A stretch of 64,000 bases of DNA from Cyanobacteriota bacterium (lineage in GTDB: Bacteria > Cyanobacteriota > Cyanobacteriia > PCC-6307 > Cyanobiaceae). The translations under genes and the position numbers were made by a program. A model generated the notes under the pieces. That model ran no database searches. It was not told the origin of the DNA and was given only the letters and a program-made list of their open reading frames with translations. Shown one piece after another: positions 32,078-42,021 of the stretch; position 1 is the first letter of the stretch; each line of letters starts with the position of its first letter. The stretch lies in the NCBI GenBank assembly GCA_046052125.1, contig JBJOMY010000002.1:128001-192000 (forward strand), read 5' to 3'.

Positions 32078-32886
32078 GCAGCAGTGCAGTGGCGTTCTTC
32101 GATGGCTGCTGGGCTGAGCCATCTCAGCTCTTCATTCCTCTGAGCGACCGCGGCCTGCAGTTGGCCGATGGCCTGTTTGAAACGGTGCTGGTGCTGAGCG
32201 GCGAGCCCAAACTGCTGGAGGCCCATCTGGAGCGTTGGCAAACCAGCGCTGCTCTGCTCGCCATGGCCCCGCCGCCAGAGGCGGCTGAGGTGCAACCGCT
32301 GATTCAAGAAGCGATTAGCCGGGCCGGTCTCCAGACAGGCAACGGCGCGCTGCGGCTGAACTGGAGCCGCGGCACCAGCCAGGGCCGCGGGATCGATGTT
32401 CCAGATCAGGCCGAACCGCGCTTCTGGCTGCAACTGAGCCCGCACGAGCCGCTCTTCACTGCCCAAACGGCGATCGTGAGTCGCCATGAACGGCGCAACA
32501 GCGCCAGCCGCTTGAGCCAATGCAAAACCTTTGCCTACGGGCAGGCGATTCAGGCGCGCCTGGAGGCACAGCAAGCCGGCGCCGATGAGGCCTTGTTGCT
32601 GGGCTGCGGCGGTGAACTCTGCTGCGGCAGCACCGCCAACCTGCTGATCGAGCGCCAGGGGCAATGGCTCACTCCAGCGCTGAGCAGCGGCTGCCTACCC
32701 GGAGTGATGCGGGGGCGACTGCTGGAGCTGGGCCTGGCCCGAGAGGCCCAGCTGCAAGCCACCCCTGAACCTGGCGACGCTTGGCTGTTGATCAACAGCC
32801 TGGGCTGCCGGCCGCTCAGCTCCGTGGAAGGCCAAGCGCTTGAGCTCCGCCACGACGCCGCAGCGCTGTGGCGGAGTCTGCTTTAG
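32074..32886 (+). CDS. Class IV aminotransferase / aminodeoxychorismate lyase-like
   Basis: DRGLQLADGLFET, HLER, K at CKTF, CLPGVMR. Confidence 0.88.
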   Translation: MSSSAVAFFDGCWAEPSQLFIPLSDRGLQLADGLFETVLVLSGEPKLLEAHLERWQTSAALLAMAPPPEAAEVQPLIQEAISRAGLQTGNGALRLNWSRGTSQGRGIDVPDQAEPRFWLQLSPHEPLFTAQTAIVSRHERRNSASRLSQCKTFAYGQAIQARLEAQQAGADEALLLGCGGELCCGSTANLLIERQGQWLTPALSSGCLPGVMRGRLLELGLAREAQLQATPEPGDAWLLINSLGCRPLSSVEGQALELRHDAAALWRSLL

Positions 32887-32910
32887 TCGCGCATCGCTAG
32901 GGCGACTCGC

Positions 32911-33393
32911 TCAGTTGCAGCCCTGCACGGAGATCCGATAGGTGAAGCCGGTGGCCGCCTGATCAGCACTGGCGCCGATCTTGAAGTTCACCTGGCTCAC
33001 GGTCTTACCGGGCACAGCTTGCACCACCCAGTCACGTCCGGTGCCAACCCCAGGGGTCAACGAATCGTTGATCACCTGCAGGTTGGAGCCATCGGTGAAT
33101 TTGAGATAACCCTGGATCGGATAAGTGGCGCTCACCGATGAGTTCGCCGTGAAGAACAACTTGTAAGAGTTGAAGGGCTGGGTCACGAAGAAATCCGTGT
33201 TCCAGTTGGGCCGGGTGAAGGGCAGCGGATTCCCGGGGCTGATGGTTTTGGTCACGATGTTGGTGACGCCATTGCCGCCGACCGGAGCCAGGAACTGACA
33301 GGTTTGGGCGGAAGCGGAAGCAGTGGCCATCAGCATGCAGCTGCCGGCGGATGCCAGGGCGAGCTGCATGGGCCGGCGCAGGGACAGACGCAT
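32911..33393 (-). CDS. Secreted hypothetical protein
   Basis: Signal peptide ending ASA-QTC; beta-rich mature region with NWNTDF; strong codon bias. Confidence 0.75.
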   Translation of the reverse strand: MRLSLRRPMQLALASAGSCMLMATASASAQTCQFLAPVGGNGVTNIVTKTISPGNPLPFTRPNWNTDFFVTQPFNSYKLFFTANSSVSATYPIQGYLKFTDGSNLQVINDSLTPGVGTGRDWVVQAVPGKTVSQVNFKIGASADQAATGFTYRISVQGCN

Positions 33394-33464
33394 CGAAAAC
33401 GTTCCTGAATGTCGGACCCGATTGTGCATCAAATCCCACAACATGGGCGCAGTTGCCTCTGCCC

Positions 33465-35042
33465 ATGTCGGCGACCAGCAGCCATCCAACCCAGGCTCCA
33501 GAGGGGTTAAAGCGCAGCCTCGGCTTGCGAAGTCTCACCCTGGCGGTGGTCACCAGCACCATCGGTTCGGGTTGGCTGTTTGCCCCGCTCTATGCCGCCC
33601 GCTTCGCCGGTAGCGCCAGTTTGCTGGCCTGGCTATTGGGAGGGCTGATGACCTTTGCCCTGGCGCTGGTGTTCGCCGAACTCGGCGCCCTGGTGCCCAG
33701 CTCCGGAGCCCTGGCCCAGATCCCGCTGCTCAGCCATGGCCGCTGGGCGGGCTTCATCGGCGGCTGGTGCGCCTGGATCGCCTACCTCACGTTGCCAACG
33801 ATTGAAGTGTTGGCGATGGTGCAATACCTGGCCAGCAGCTTCCCCTGGCTCACTGCCGATGGGGGGCAGGGACAGGTGCTCAGCTCAGCCGGACTGGGCA
33901 TCGCCGCCGCGCTGTTGGTGCTGATGGCCTGGATCAACCTGGCTGGCGTGAGCTGGCTGGCCCGCTGGATTGACGGACTCACCAGCTGGAAGCTGGTGGT
34001 GCCGCTCCTGGTGTCGCTGAGCCTGATGGCCGTGGCGGGCCATTGGAGCAATCTCAGCCTCAGCAGCAACGCCCAAGGCGCAGGCCTCACAGGCGTGGTG
34101 GGTGCCATCAGCGGCGGCGGCATCCTGTTCAGCCTTCTGGGCTTCCGCACCGCCATGGATCTGGCCGGTGAAGCCCGCAACCCGCAACGCAACGTGCCCC
34201 TGGCGATGGGGCTGGGACTCGGGATCTCGCTGGCGATCTATCTGGTGCTGCAGTTGAGCTTCCTGGTGGCGGTGCCGCCCCAGGCCCTGGCGCAGGGCTG
34301 GGGCAGCCTGCAGCTCACCGCCCACGGCGGACCGCTGGTGGCGATCGCCACGGGTCTCGGCATGGGCTGGGTGGTGATGCTCCTGCTCAGCGATGCAGTG
34401 ATCTCTCCCGGCGCCACGGCCATGACCTACATGGGCGTCTCAGCGCGGGTGGCCTGGATGATGGGAAAGCTCGGACTCCTGCCCGCCTCCATGGGCCGAC
34501 TCAACCGCCAGGCCGTGCCGGTGGTGGCGCTGCTCTGGAGCCTGTTGATCGGCGTGGTGATGCTGCTGGGAGGGCCCAGCTGGCAACAGGTGGTGAGCTT
34601 CCTCACCGCCACGCTGGTGATCGCTCTGGCTGTCGGCCCGGTGAGCCTGCTCGCCCTCAGGCGGCAACTGCCCCAGGCCGATCGCGCCTTCCGCCTGCCG
34701 TGGGCTGAACTGGTCTGCCCACTCACGTTCGTGCCCGCCAGCTGGGCCGTGATCTGGTGCGGCCGTAGTGCCCTGGAAGGAGCGATCCTGCTGGTGGTGG
34801 TGCCGTCACTGTTGTTCGGCCTGCTGCAGAGCCGAAGCCAACAACAGCTCCACGCCGGCTCAGGCAGCTGGTGGTTTCTCTATCTCGGCGGTCTGCTGTT
34901 GATTGCAGAACTCAGCCAGGGCGGTGCGAGTCAGCTGGTGCTGGTGGCCCTGTTTGCCCTGGCTGTGTTTCCGATCGCTGTTCGGGCGCGGCTACCAAGG
35001 GCCTCAGCAGAGGCCCAGGTGGCCATGGAACTCACACCGTGA
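33465..35042 (+). CDS. APC-family amino acid permease
   Basis: TIGSGWLF TM1, FAELG, GEARNPQRNVP; multiple TM helices. Confidence 0.9.
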   Translation: MSATSSHPTQAPEGLKRSLGLRSLTLAVVTSTIGSGWLFAPLYAARFAGSASLLAWLLGGLMTFALALVFAELGALVPSSGALAQIPLLSHGRWAGFIGGWCAWIAYLTLPTIEVLAMVQYLASSFPWLTADGGQGQVLSSAGLGIAAALLVLMAWINLAGVSWLARWIDGLTSWKLVVPLLVSLSLMAVAGHWSNLSLSSNAQGAGLTGVVGAISGGGILFSLLGFRTAMDLAGEARNPQRNVPLAMGLGLGISLAIYLVLQLSFLVAVPPQALAQGWGSLQLTAHGGPLVAIATGLGMGWVVMLLLSDAVISPGATAMTYMGVSARVAWMMGKLGLLPASMGRLNRQAVPVVALLWSLLIGVVMLLGGPSWQQVVSFLTATLVIALAVGPVSLLALRRQLPQADRAFRLPWAELVCPLTFVPASWAVIWCGRSALEGAILLVVVPSLLFGLLQSRSQQQLHAGSGSWWFLYLGGLLLIAELSQGGASQLVLVALFALAVFPIAVRARLPRASAEAQVAMELTP

Positions 35043-35739
35043 GGAAGCGATCCACCACGTCCTTGCTCAGTTCGCTGGTGGGTCCGCTGGCCACGATCCC
35101 GCCGCGCTGCATCGCGTAGTAGCGATCCGCCTGACGCACGAAGTGCAGGTGCTGCTCCACGAGCAACACGCTGATGCCGGTGGCCTCGATGATGCGGCGC
35201 ACAGCGCGCTCGATATCGAGCACCACCGAAGGCTGAATGCCCTCGGTGGGTTCATCGAGTAGCAGCAACTTCGGCTTCCCGAGCAGGGCTCGGGCAATGG
35301 CGAGCTGTTGCTGCTGGCCGCCGGAGAGATCACCGCCGCGACGGGCCAGGAATTTCTCCAGGATCGGGAACAGCTCGAACACGAGCGGATCGATATGGCG
35401 GTGTTTCGCCATCCCACCCGGCAGGGCCTCCAGACCAAGCAGCAGGTTTTCGCGCACGGTGAGCTGGGGGATGATCTCCCGCCCCTGAGGCACGTAGCCC
35501 ACACCCACGCGAGCGCGCCGGTGGGGCGGCAGTCCGGCGAGAGCGCGCCCTTCGAGCGACAGATCCCCACTGCGTTGCTGCAGGAGTCCGATCACCGTTT
35601 TGAGCAAGGTGGTCTTGCCGACACCATTGCGGCCGATCAGGCACACCATCTCCCCAGGAGCAACGCTGAGGTCGACATCCCGCAGGATATGGCTCTCGCC
35701 GTAATAGACGTTGAGCCCACGAATATCGAGCAGGGTCAT
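35032..35739 (-). CDS. urtE: Urea ABC transporter ATP-binding subunit
   Basis: GRNGVGKT, YVPQGREI, LSGGQQQQ, DEPTEGIQPS. Confidence 0.95.
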   Translation of the reverse strand: MTLLDIRGLNVYYGESHILRDVDLSVAPGEMVCLIGRNGVGKTTLLKTVIGLLQQRSGDLSLEGRALAGLPPHRRARVGVGYVPQGREIIPQLTVRENLLLGLEALPGGMAKHRHIDPLVFELFPILEKFLARRGGDLSGGQQQQLAIARALLGKPKLLLLDEPTEGIQPSVVLDIERAVRRIIEATGISVLLVEQHLHFVRQADRYYAMQRGGIVASGPTSELSKDVVDRFLTV

Positions 35740-36506
35740 GCCATCTCCTCCGGATTGTCGCTGCCGAGATACACCTCAATCACCCTTGGATCGTTCTGAA
35801 CCTGATCCATGGAACCCTCACACAGCACATGACCTTCATGCAGCACCGTGACCGGTGCCTGCAGGTCGCGGATGAACTCCATGTCGTGCTCAATCACCAA
35901 CACGGTGTGATCACCGGCCAGCTGTTTGAGCAGATCAGCGGTGCGCTCGGTTTCCTCATCGGTGAGGCCCGCCACCGGTTCATCCACCAGCAACAGCTCA
36001 GGATCCTGCGCCACGAGCATGGCGATCTCGAGCCACTGCTTCTGGCCGTGGGAGAGGCCTCCCGCCGGCTGCTGAGCCTGCCGTTCCAGACCCACCACCG
36101 CGAGCAGGTGCTGCACACGGTCGCGCTGCTCGGCTGAGAGCGATCCGAACAACAACGCCGCCGGGCCATGGGGGCCCCGCACCGCCAGTTCGAGATTGCG
36201 GCGCGGCGAGAGGTTCTGATAAACGCGGGGCGTCTGGAACTTGCGGCCGATGCCCAACCGGGAGATGTGATGCTCACTGCGACCGGCGATGGAGCGGCCG
36301 CGGAACACCACATCCCCCTTGGTGGGTTTCACCTTGCCGGTGATCACATCAAGGAAGGTGGTCTTGCCGGCACCGTTGGGGCCGATCACCGCCCGCAGCT
36401 CGCCCGGGGCCAGCTGCAGGTTGAGGTCGTTGAGGGCCAGAAAACCGTCAAAGCTGACGGTCACGCCCTGCAGTTCAAGCAGGTTCATCGAATGCGTGGT
36501 GGTCAT
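35736..36506 (-). CDS. urtD: Urea ABC transporter ATP-binding subunit
   Basis: GPNGAGKT, LSHGQKQWLEI, DEPVAG. Confidence 0.95.
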   Translation of the reverse strand: MTTTHSMNLLELQGVTVSFDGFLALNDLNLQLAPGELRAVIGPNGAGKTTFLDVITGKVKPTKGDVVFRGRSIAGRSEHHISRLGIGRKFQTPRVYQNLSPRRNLELAVRGPHGPAALLFGSLSAEQRDRVQHLLAVVGLERQAQQPAGGLSHGQKQWLEIAMLVAQDPELLLVDEPVAGLTDEETERTADLLKQLAGDHTVLVIEHDMEFIRDLQAPVTVLHEGHVLCEGSMDQVQNDPRVIEVYLGSDNPEEMA

Positions 36507-37660
36507 CAGCGCTGTCCTCCGCTGCGGCTGGCGAGTTGGTCACCCTCGGCCTGCACCTGGGGATCGAGTTCCAGGGCCGGGTAGGTGGAGCTGCGGGGGG
36601 TAAAGCCCACCATCGCGATCAGGCGGCCGGGGCCACCCTGTCGCCACCAGCCCACCAACCCATCAGGCAGAGCCAGCACCACCAACAGGAACAAACCGCC
36701 CTGGATGAACAGCCAGGTTTCCGGCAGAGCTTCACTCACCAAGCTCTTGGCGTAGTTGATCAACACCGCACCGAGGAGGGCGCCGAACAGGGTGCCGCGT
36801 CCACCCACCGCCACCCAGATCACCATCTCGATCGAGAAGGGAACGGCCATGTACTGAGGCGACACGATGCCGGACTGCACCGTGTAAAGCGCACCGCTGA
36901 TGCCCGCCAGGGCACCGGCGACAGCGAACACAACAGTCTTGTAAGCGGTTGGGTTGTAGCCGGTGAAACGCAGTCTGGGCTCGTCGTCGCGAATGGCGAT
37001 GAGGGCATCACCAAAGCGGCCACTGGTGAGCCAGCGGCAGAGCAAAAAGGCGAGCACCGTGAGCACCACCGTGAGCCAGAAGAGGTTGCGCTGCATCGCA
37101 TCACTGCCGATCAGCTCGCCAAAGATGCGGGCTGTGGAGGTTTTCAGGCCATTGGTGCCATTGATCAACTTCTGCTGACCGTTGAAGAAGTTGAAAAACA
37201 CCAGGAGCGCCGCCTGGGTGAGGATCGAGAAATAGACCCCCTTGATGCGGTTGCGGAACACCAGATAGCCGAGGGCACCGGCAACCAGCGCCGGGATCAC
37301 CCAGATGGCGAAGAAGGTGAACAAGGGCGATTCAAACGGTTGCCAGAACGCCGGCAGGCTCTTCACGCCATAGAGGGAGAAAAACTCCGGCAGCTCACCG
37401 GGTTTGAGCTCATTGAGCTGCAAATACATCGCCAGGGCGTAGCCACCCAGGGCAAAGAAGATGCCCTGGCCCAGGCTGAGCAAGCCCGTGTAACCCCAGA
37501 TCAGATCCACGCCGAGGGCAACGATGCCCAACGACAGGAAACGGCCGAGCAAATTCAAACGGAAGGGCGACAGCAGCGCCGGCAACACCAGGGCAGCCAC
37601 CACGATCAAGAGCCAAGGCAGCCAACGACGCAGCTGCCGGGAGGCAAACAGATCAGCCAT
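36506..37660 (-). CDS. urtC: Urea ABC transporter permease
   Basis: DLIWGYTG, GVYFSILTQA, VAVGGRGTL. Confidence 0.95.
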   Translation of the reverse strand: MADLFASRQLRRWLPWLLIVVAALVLPALLSPFRLNLLGRFLSLGIVALGVDLIWGYTGLLSLGQGIFFALGGYALAMYLQLNELKPGELPEFFSLYGVKSLPAFWQPFESPLFTFFAIWVIPALVAGALGYLVFRNRIKGVYFSILTQAALLVFFNFFNGQQKLINGTNGLKTSTARIFGELIGSDAMQRNLFWLTVVLTVLAFLLCRWLTSGRFGDALIAIRDDEPRLRFTGYNPTAYKTVVFAVAGALAGISGALYTVQSGIVSPQYMAVPFSIEMVIWVAVGGRGTLFGALLGAVLINYAKSLVSEALPETWLFIQGGLFLLVVLALPDGLVGWWRQGGPGRLIAMVGFTPRSSTYPALELDPQVQAEGDQLASRSGGQR

Positions 37661-37663
37661 CGA

Positions 37664-38821
37664 TCAGGCCTCCACCATCCGACCTTTCTGCGGGAACAGG
37701 CCAGCGGGCCTGATCTGCAGAAACACCACGATTAAGGCAAACACGAGCACCTTCGCCATCGACGTGGTGGCGAAGAACGTGATCACCGTATTGAGACCTT
37801 CCGGCATCGCCGGCCACACCAGCAGCAGGGAGCCGGAGCCCACCACATAACTGAGCACGCCAATGCCTAAGGCCGCGAGCACGGTGCCGGCCAACTTGCC
37901 CACACCGCCAAGCACCACCACCATGAAGCAATCCACGATGTAGTTGCCGCCGAGATTCGGACCCACCGATCCCAGAAGCGTCACCGCCACACCAGCCACG
38001 CCGGCCAAACCAGAGCCGATCAGGAACGTGAGCGCATCCACCTTTTCCGTGGGAATGCCGAGACAATCACTCATCGTGCGGTTCTGGGTGACGGCACGAA
38101 TGCGCATCCCCCACACACTCTTCTGCAGAAACCAGTTCACCAACAGCAGCGCCACGATCGTGAGCGCGATGATGAACAAACGGGCCGCCGGCATGTTCAC
38201 CGCACCCACATCAATCGAGCCGCGCAGCCACACCGGAGCAGTGACATCGATGTTGCGGGCACTGAACCAGGGCTGATCAAACACCCTCTGCTCGCCGAGC
38301 AGTGAAGCGATCACCACACCCACTAAACCGGTCACCACCCAGCTGCCGGTGCCGAGCAACGGCGTCCAGCGCTGCTGCCACCAGCGAGCGGGCGTACAGC
38401 GAGGAATCAACAGACCCGCCACCACGGCAACCACCAGCCCGATCGCAAAAGCGCTCGACACCGAGCGCACGAATTGCTGCAGGATCAGGCTCACGCCCCA
38501 GGTGGCCAGCAACGTTTCCAGGGGCCGTCCATACAGCCGCCGAATCACCGTTTTCTCGAGCAGCAAACCAGCCAACCCACTCACCAGAAAGGCGCAGGGC
38601 AAGGCCACCAGGATGTAGATCGGAAACAGCGCCTCAGGCAGCACCGCTTTAAAGATGTTCTGCACCACAAACGTGGTGTAAGCGCCAAGCATCATCAACT
38701 CGCCATGGGCCATGTTGATGACACCCATCAGGCCAAACACCACCGCCAGGCCCAGTGCAGCCAGCACCAGAACCGAGCCGATGGCCAGGCCGTTGAAGAG
38801 TGTGTCGTAGAGAAGATCCAT
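37664..38821 (-). CDS. urtB: Urea ABC transporter permease
   Basis: GLMGVINMAHGE, LYGRPLETLLATWG. Confidence 0.95.
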   Translation of the reverse strand: MDLLYDTLFNGLAIGSVLVLAALGLAVVFGLMGVINMAHGELMMLGAYTTFVVQNIFKAVLPEALFPIYILVALPCAFLVSGLAGLLLEKTVIRRLYGRPLETLLATWGVSLILQQFVRSVSSAFAIGLVVAVVAGLLIPRCTPARWWQQRWTPLLGTGSWVVTGLVGVVIASLLGEQRVFDQPWFSARNIDVTAPVWLRGSIDVGAVNMPAARLFIIALTIVALLLVNWFLQKSVWGMRIRAVTQNRTMSDCLGIPTEKVDALTFLIGSGLAGVAGVAVTLLGSVGPNLGGNYIVDCFMVVVLGGVGKLAGTVLAALGIGVLSYVVGSGSLLLVWPAMPEGLNTVITFFATTSMAKVLVFALIVVFLQIRPAGLFPQKGRMVEA

Positions 38822-38871
38822 CGCGACCAGCAGCGGTCTCAGGCAAAGGGAAAAAACAAAAGCAGGGAAAC

Positions 38872-38896
38872 AAAAAGGGGGAGATTGCTCTCCCCC
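38872..38896 (-). terminator. Terminator/attenuator hairpin between urtA and urtB
   Basis: Minus strand GGGGGAGA-GCAA-TCTCCCCC-TTTTT. Confidence 0.75.
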
Positions 38897-38926
38897 CAAT
38901 CCCTCAAGAGATGCCAGATGTGTGGA

Positions 38927-40219
38927 TCACATCTTGTACTTGCCTGCGTCGGGACGGTTCTGGGTCCAGTCACAGGTGTAGCCCTTGGTTTCAGGCACGT
39001 ACTGGTTCCAGGCCACAGGCTTCACGAAGCCCTTGTTCTCGAGAATCTTGAACATGCCGTCCTTCTGAACCTCGCCGATCAGCACAAGCTTCTCAACGTG
39101 GTGGTTGGGCATCACGGTCACCTTGCCTTCGGGAGCATCGAAGCTCACGCCGATCAGGGCCTCACGCACCTTGTTGTCGTCGACGCTGTTGGCTTTTTCA
39201 GCAGCAGCAGCCCACAGGTAGACCATCATGTAGGCGGCTTCAGCGGGGTCGTTGGTGACGCGCTTATCGCCGTACTTCGCCTTGAAGTTCTTGGTGAACT
39301 CCTTGGAAGCGGGGGTGTCGAGGCTCTGGAAGAAGTTCCAGGCGGCGTAGGTGCCTTCGAGGTACTCAGGACCGATGGCGGCGATCTCCTCTTCGGCGAT
39401 CGAGAAGCTCATGATCGAGTAGCCGTTGGCCGGGGTGATGCCGGCAGCCTTCATCTGCTTGAAGAAGGCCACGTTGCTATCGCCATTGAGGGTGTTAACA
39501 ATCACACCGCCCTTGGGCAGCGCCTGCTTGATCTTGGCGATGATCGGAGCCACTTCGGTGTTACCGAGGGGCAGGTAGTCCTCACCGACCACCTTGCCGC
39601 CATTGGCCTTCAGCTGCTCCTTCATGATGGTGTTGGCGGTACGTGGATACACGTAATCCGAGCCCACCAGGAAGAAGTCTTTGCCCTTGTTCTTCAGCAG
39701 CCAATCCACAGCGGGCTCAGCCTGCTGGTTGGGAGCAGCACCGCTATAGAAGATGTTCTTGGAGCACTCCTGACCTTCGTACTGAATCGGATAGAAGAGG
39801 AAGTGATCCTTGGCTTCGAACACCGGCAGCATCGCCTTGCGGCTGGCGGAGGTCCAACCACCAAACACGACGGACACCTTGTCCTGATCGATCAGTTTGG
39901 TGGCCTTCTCAGCGAAGGTGGGCCAATCGGAAGCACCGTCTTCCTCGATCGGAACGATCTTGAGCTTCTTGCCGTCGATGGTGATCCCGCCCTTGGCGTT
40001 GATCTCATCGATGGCCATCAGCTCAGCTTCGGCCACCGTGTTTTCGGAGATGGCCATGGTGCCAGAGCGGCTGTGAAGGATGCCCACCTTCACTTCGCCG
40101 TCGAAATCACCACCGGCCTTCTCACCGCCGCCGCAGGCCACCAGCGAGAGGGAGGTGGCGAGGGCCGTGGCACCGCCCAGTAGACGCAGCGAAGTCTTCC
40201 GCATCGAAGGGGACGTCAT
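38927..40219 (-). CDS. urtA: Urea ABC transporter substrate-binding lipoprotein
   Basis: Lipobox LVAC; GILHSRSGTMAISE, GGWTSASRK, YPIQYEG; start 40219 or 40204. Confidence 0.96.
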   Translation of the reverse strand: MTSPSMRKTSLRLLGGATALATSLSLVACGGGEKAGGDFDGEVKVGILHSRSGTMAISENTVAEAELMAIDEINAKGGITIDGKKLKIVPIEEDGASDWPTFAEKATKLIDQDKVSVVFGGWTSASRKAMLPVFEAKDHFLFYPIQYEGQECSKNIFYSGAAPNQQAEPAVDWLLKNKGKDFFLVGSDYVYPRTANTIMKEQLKANGGKVVGEDYLPLGNTEVAPIIAKIKQALPKGGVIVNTLNGDSNVAFFKQMKAAGITPANGYSIMSFSIAEEEIAAIGPEYLEGTYAAWNFFQSLDTPASKEFTKNFKAKYGDKRVTNDPAEAAYMMVYLWAAAAEKANSVDDNKVREALIGVSFDAPEGKVTVMPNHHVEKLVLIGEVQKDGMFKILENKGFVKPVAWNQYVPETKGYTCDWTQNRPDAGKYKM

Positions 40220-40264
40220 ACAAGGAAAGTCACAAAAGGGCTGCCGCCGATCAGCGGTGAGCGG

Positions 40265-40307
40265 AACGTATCGGCGCGGCAGACCCCGCTTTGGTAGCCG
40301 ATCGAAC
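40265..40307 (-). promoter_or_regulatory. NtcA-activated promoter of urtA
   Basis: Minus strand GTT-CGATCGGC-TAC, 23 nt, then TACGTT (TAN3T -10 box). Confidence 0.75.
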
Positions 40308-40376
40308 AATTTCCTCAACTCGCGAGACTCATTGCCCCGCAGGCAATCTCAAGGGCCGCCACCACGCCGCTTGACT

Positions 40377-40390
40377 GTGTCGGTTGCTAC
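40377..40390. promoter_or_regulatory. Second NtcA-like box upstream of urtA
   Basis: GTG-TCGGTTGC-TAC, one mismatch to GTA-N8-TAC. Confidence 0.5.
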
Positions 40391-40402
40391 TAACCGCGGC
40401 GA

Positions 40403-41008
40403 TCAGCCCGGCAATTGCTTCAACACAAACGCTTCAACCTCTGCGAGTCCCTCGCCGGAATGGAGGTTGGTGAAACACCAGGGGCGGCCCGAACGCATCC
40501 GCTCGGTGTCGCGCTCCATCACCTCAAGGCTGGCTCCCACCAGGGGCGCCAGATCGATCTTGTTGATCACCAACAGATCGGAGCGGGTGATGCCTGGGCC
40601 GCCCTTGCGGGGAATCTTGTCGCCGGCCGCCACATCAATCACATAGATGCAGAGGTCCACCAGCTCCGGGCTGAAGCTGGCGGCCAGGTTGTCGCCACCG
40701 CTCTCCACCAGCACCAGATCCAGCCCTGGATAGGCGGCCTCCAGCTCAGCCACCGCCGCCCGATTGATCGAGCAGTCTTCGCGGATGGCGGTGTGAGGGC
40801 AACCGCCCGTTTCCACGCCACGGATGCGCCCCGGTTCCAGGGCTCCAGCGCGGGTGAGGAACTGGGCATCTTCCTGCGTGTAGATGTCGTTGGTGACCAC
40901 CGCGAGCTCGAGCCGATCCCGCAGACGGCGGCAGAGCGCCTCCACCAAGGCGGTTTTGCCGGATCCCACGGGACCGGCCACCCCGACGCGTAGACGACTG
41001 GGTGCCAT
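40403..41008 (-). CDS. ureG: Urease accessory GTPase
   Basis: [24 protein letters not shown]. Confidence 0.97.
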   Translation of the reverse strand: MAPSRLRVGVAGPVGSGKTALVEALCRRLRDRLELAVVTNDIYTQEDAQFLTRAGALEPGRIRGVETGGCPHTAIREDCSINRAAVAELEAAYPGLDLVLVESGGDNLAASFSPELVDLCIYVIDVAAGDKIPRKGGPGITRSDLLVINKIDLAPLVGASLEVMERDTERMRSGRPWCFTNLHSGEGLAEVEAFVLKQLPG

Positions 41009-42021
41009 CAACGCACCACCTGATCCGCCCGCTTCAGCAGCTCGTCGGGCACGCTGACGCCGATCGCCTTGGCGGTGGCCAGGCTCACCAGCAGATCCGT
41101 CTTGGTGAGCGGTTCGAACGCCATCTGAGCGGGCGACTCGCCCTTGAGCACGCGCACCGCCAGGCGCCCAGCGGCGGCGCCGTCATCGCGGTAGTTCCAA
41201 CCGATCACCGCCAGGCAACCAGGGAGCTGAATATCGGGCGGATCAACGGAATACACCGGAATACGGTTCTCCAGGCCCACCTTGCAGATGGCAGCGAAGG
41301 CCTGAATGGTGGCGTAATCGCCGATTTTCACGAACGCCTCCACCTCCTTCTCCGCGAGGGCCTTGGCGGCCTGCTGCACCTCACCGGAATTGGCCACCGC
41401 CTGCTCCACCAGGGTGATGCCGCGTTTCTCGGCTTCCTTGCGCAGGATCTTGGCTTCGTAATCGGAGTTGGGCTCACCTGGATTGAAAATCAATCCCACG
41501 GACTTGATCGCCGGATTCACCTGCCGCGCCAGGTCCAGCTCCTGGCCCACGGGGTTGGTGCCCACGGTGCCCACCACATTCGGGCGATGCTGCCCCACGC
41601 CACCGGGCGGGGTGCCAGCGCCGGCACCCCACGGATTGGAGCAGTAGCAGAACACCACCGGAATCGACTCCGGCATCACCTTCATTGCGGCCTGCAGCGG
41701 CGGCGTCCCCACCGCCAGCACCATGTCCACGTTCTCCGCCAGGAACTGCTTCATCACCAGGGTGGTGTTGGGCAGCTCACCGGCCGCGTCCTTGCGCAGG
41801 AAGGTGGCGGTGTCGCCGTCGCGGTAGCCGGCGGCGGCCAACGCCTCCTCAAATCCCTCGCGGGTGAGGTTGGGCGGCGGTGCATCCACCATCTGCAACA
41901 TGCCGATCAGCGGGCCCTTGCGCGGTGCCTTGCCACCAAGGCGGCCGCAGGAGGCCAGCACGAGCGAACTGCCGAGGCCCGCACCAGCGAGAGCCAGAAA
42001 CCGACGGCGGGGCAGGGTCAT
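41008..42021 (-). CDS. ABC transporter substrate-binding protein (ABC_sub_bind / TrpX-like), Tat lipoprotein
   Basis: [11 protein letters not shown] twin-arginine signal, lipobox [29 protein letters not shown]. Confidence 0.85.
   Translation of the reverse strand: MTLPRRRFLALAGAGLGSSLVLASCGRLGGKAPRKGPLIGMLQMVDAPPPNLTREGFEEALAAAGYRDGDTATFLRKDAAGELPNTTLVMKQFLAENVDMVLAVGTPPLQAAMKVMPESIPVVFCYCSNPWGAGAGTPPGGVGQHRPNVVGTVGTNPVGQELDLARQVNPAIKSVGLIFNPGEPNSDYEAKILRKEAEKRGITLVEQAVANSGEVQQAAKALAEKEVEAFVKIGDYATIQAFAAICKVGLENRIPVYSVDPPDIQLPGCLAVIGWNYRDDGAAAGRLAVRVLKGESPAQMAFEPLTKTDLLVSLATAKAIGVSVPDELLKRADQVVR

Noticed and set aside
33422..33441. TTGTG-N10-CACAA palindrome between the secreted protein and the APC permease
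   Set aside because: The spacing fits neither CRP (TGTGA-N6-TCACA) nor NtcA, and 5-bp arms arise easily by chance.
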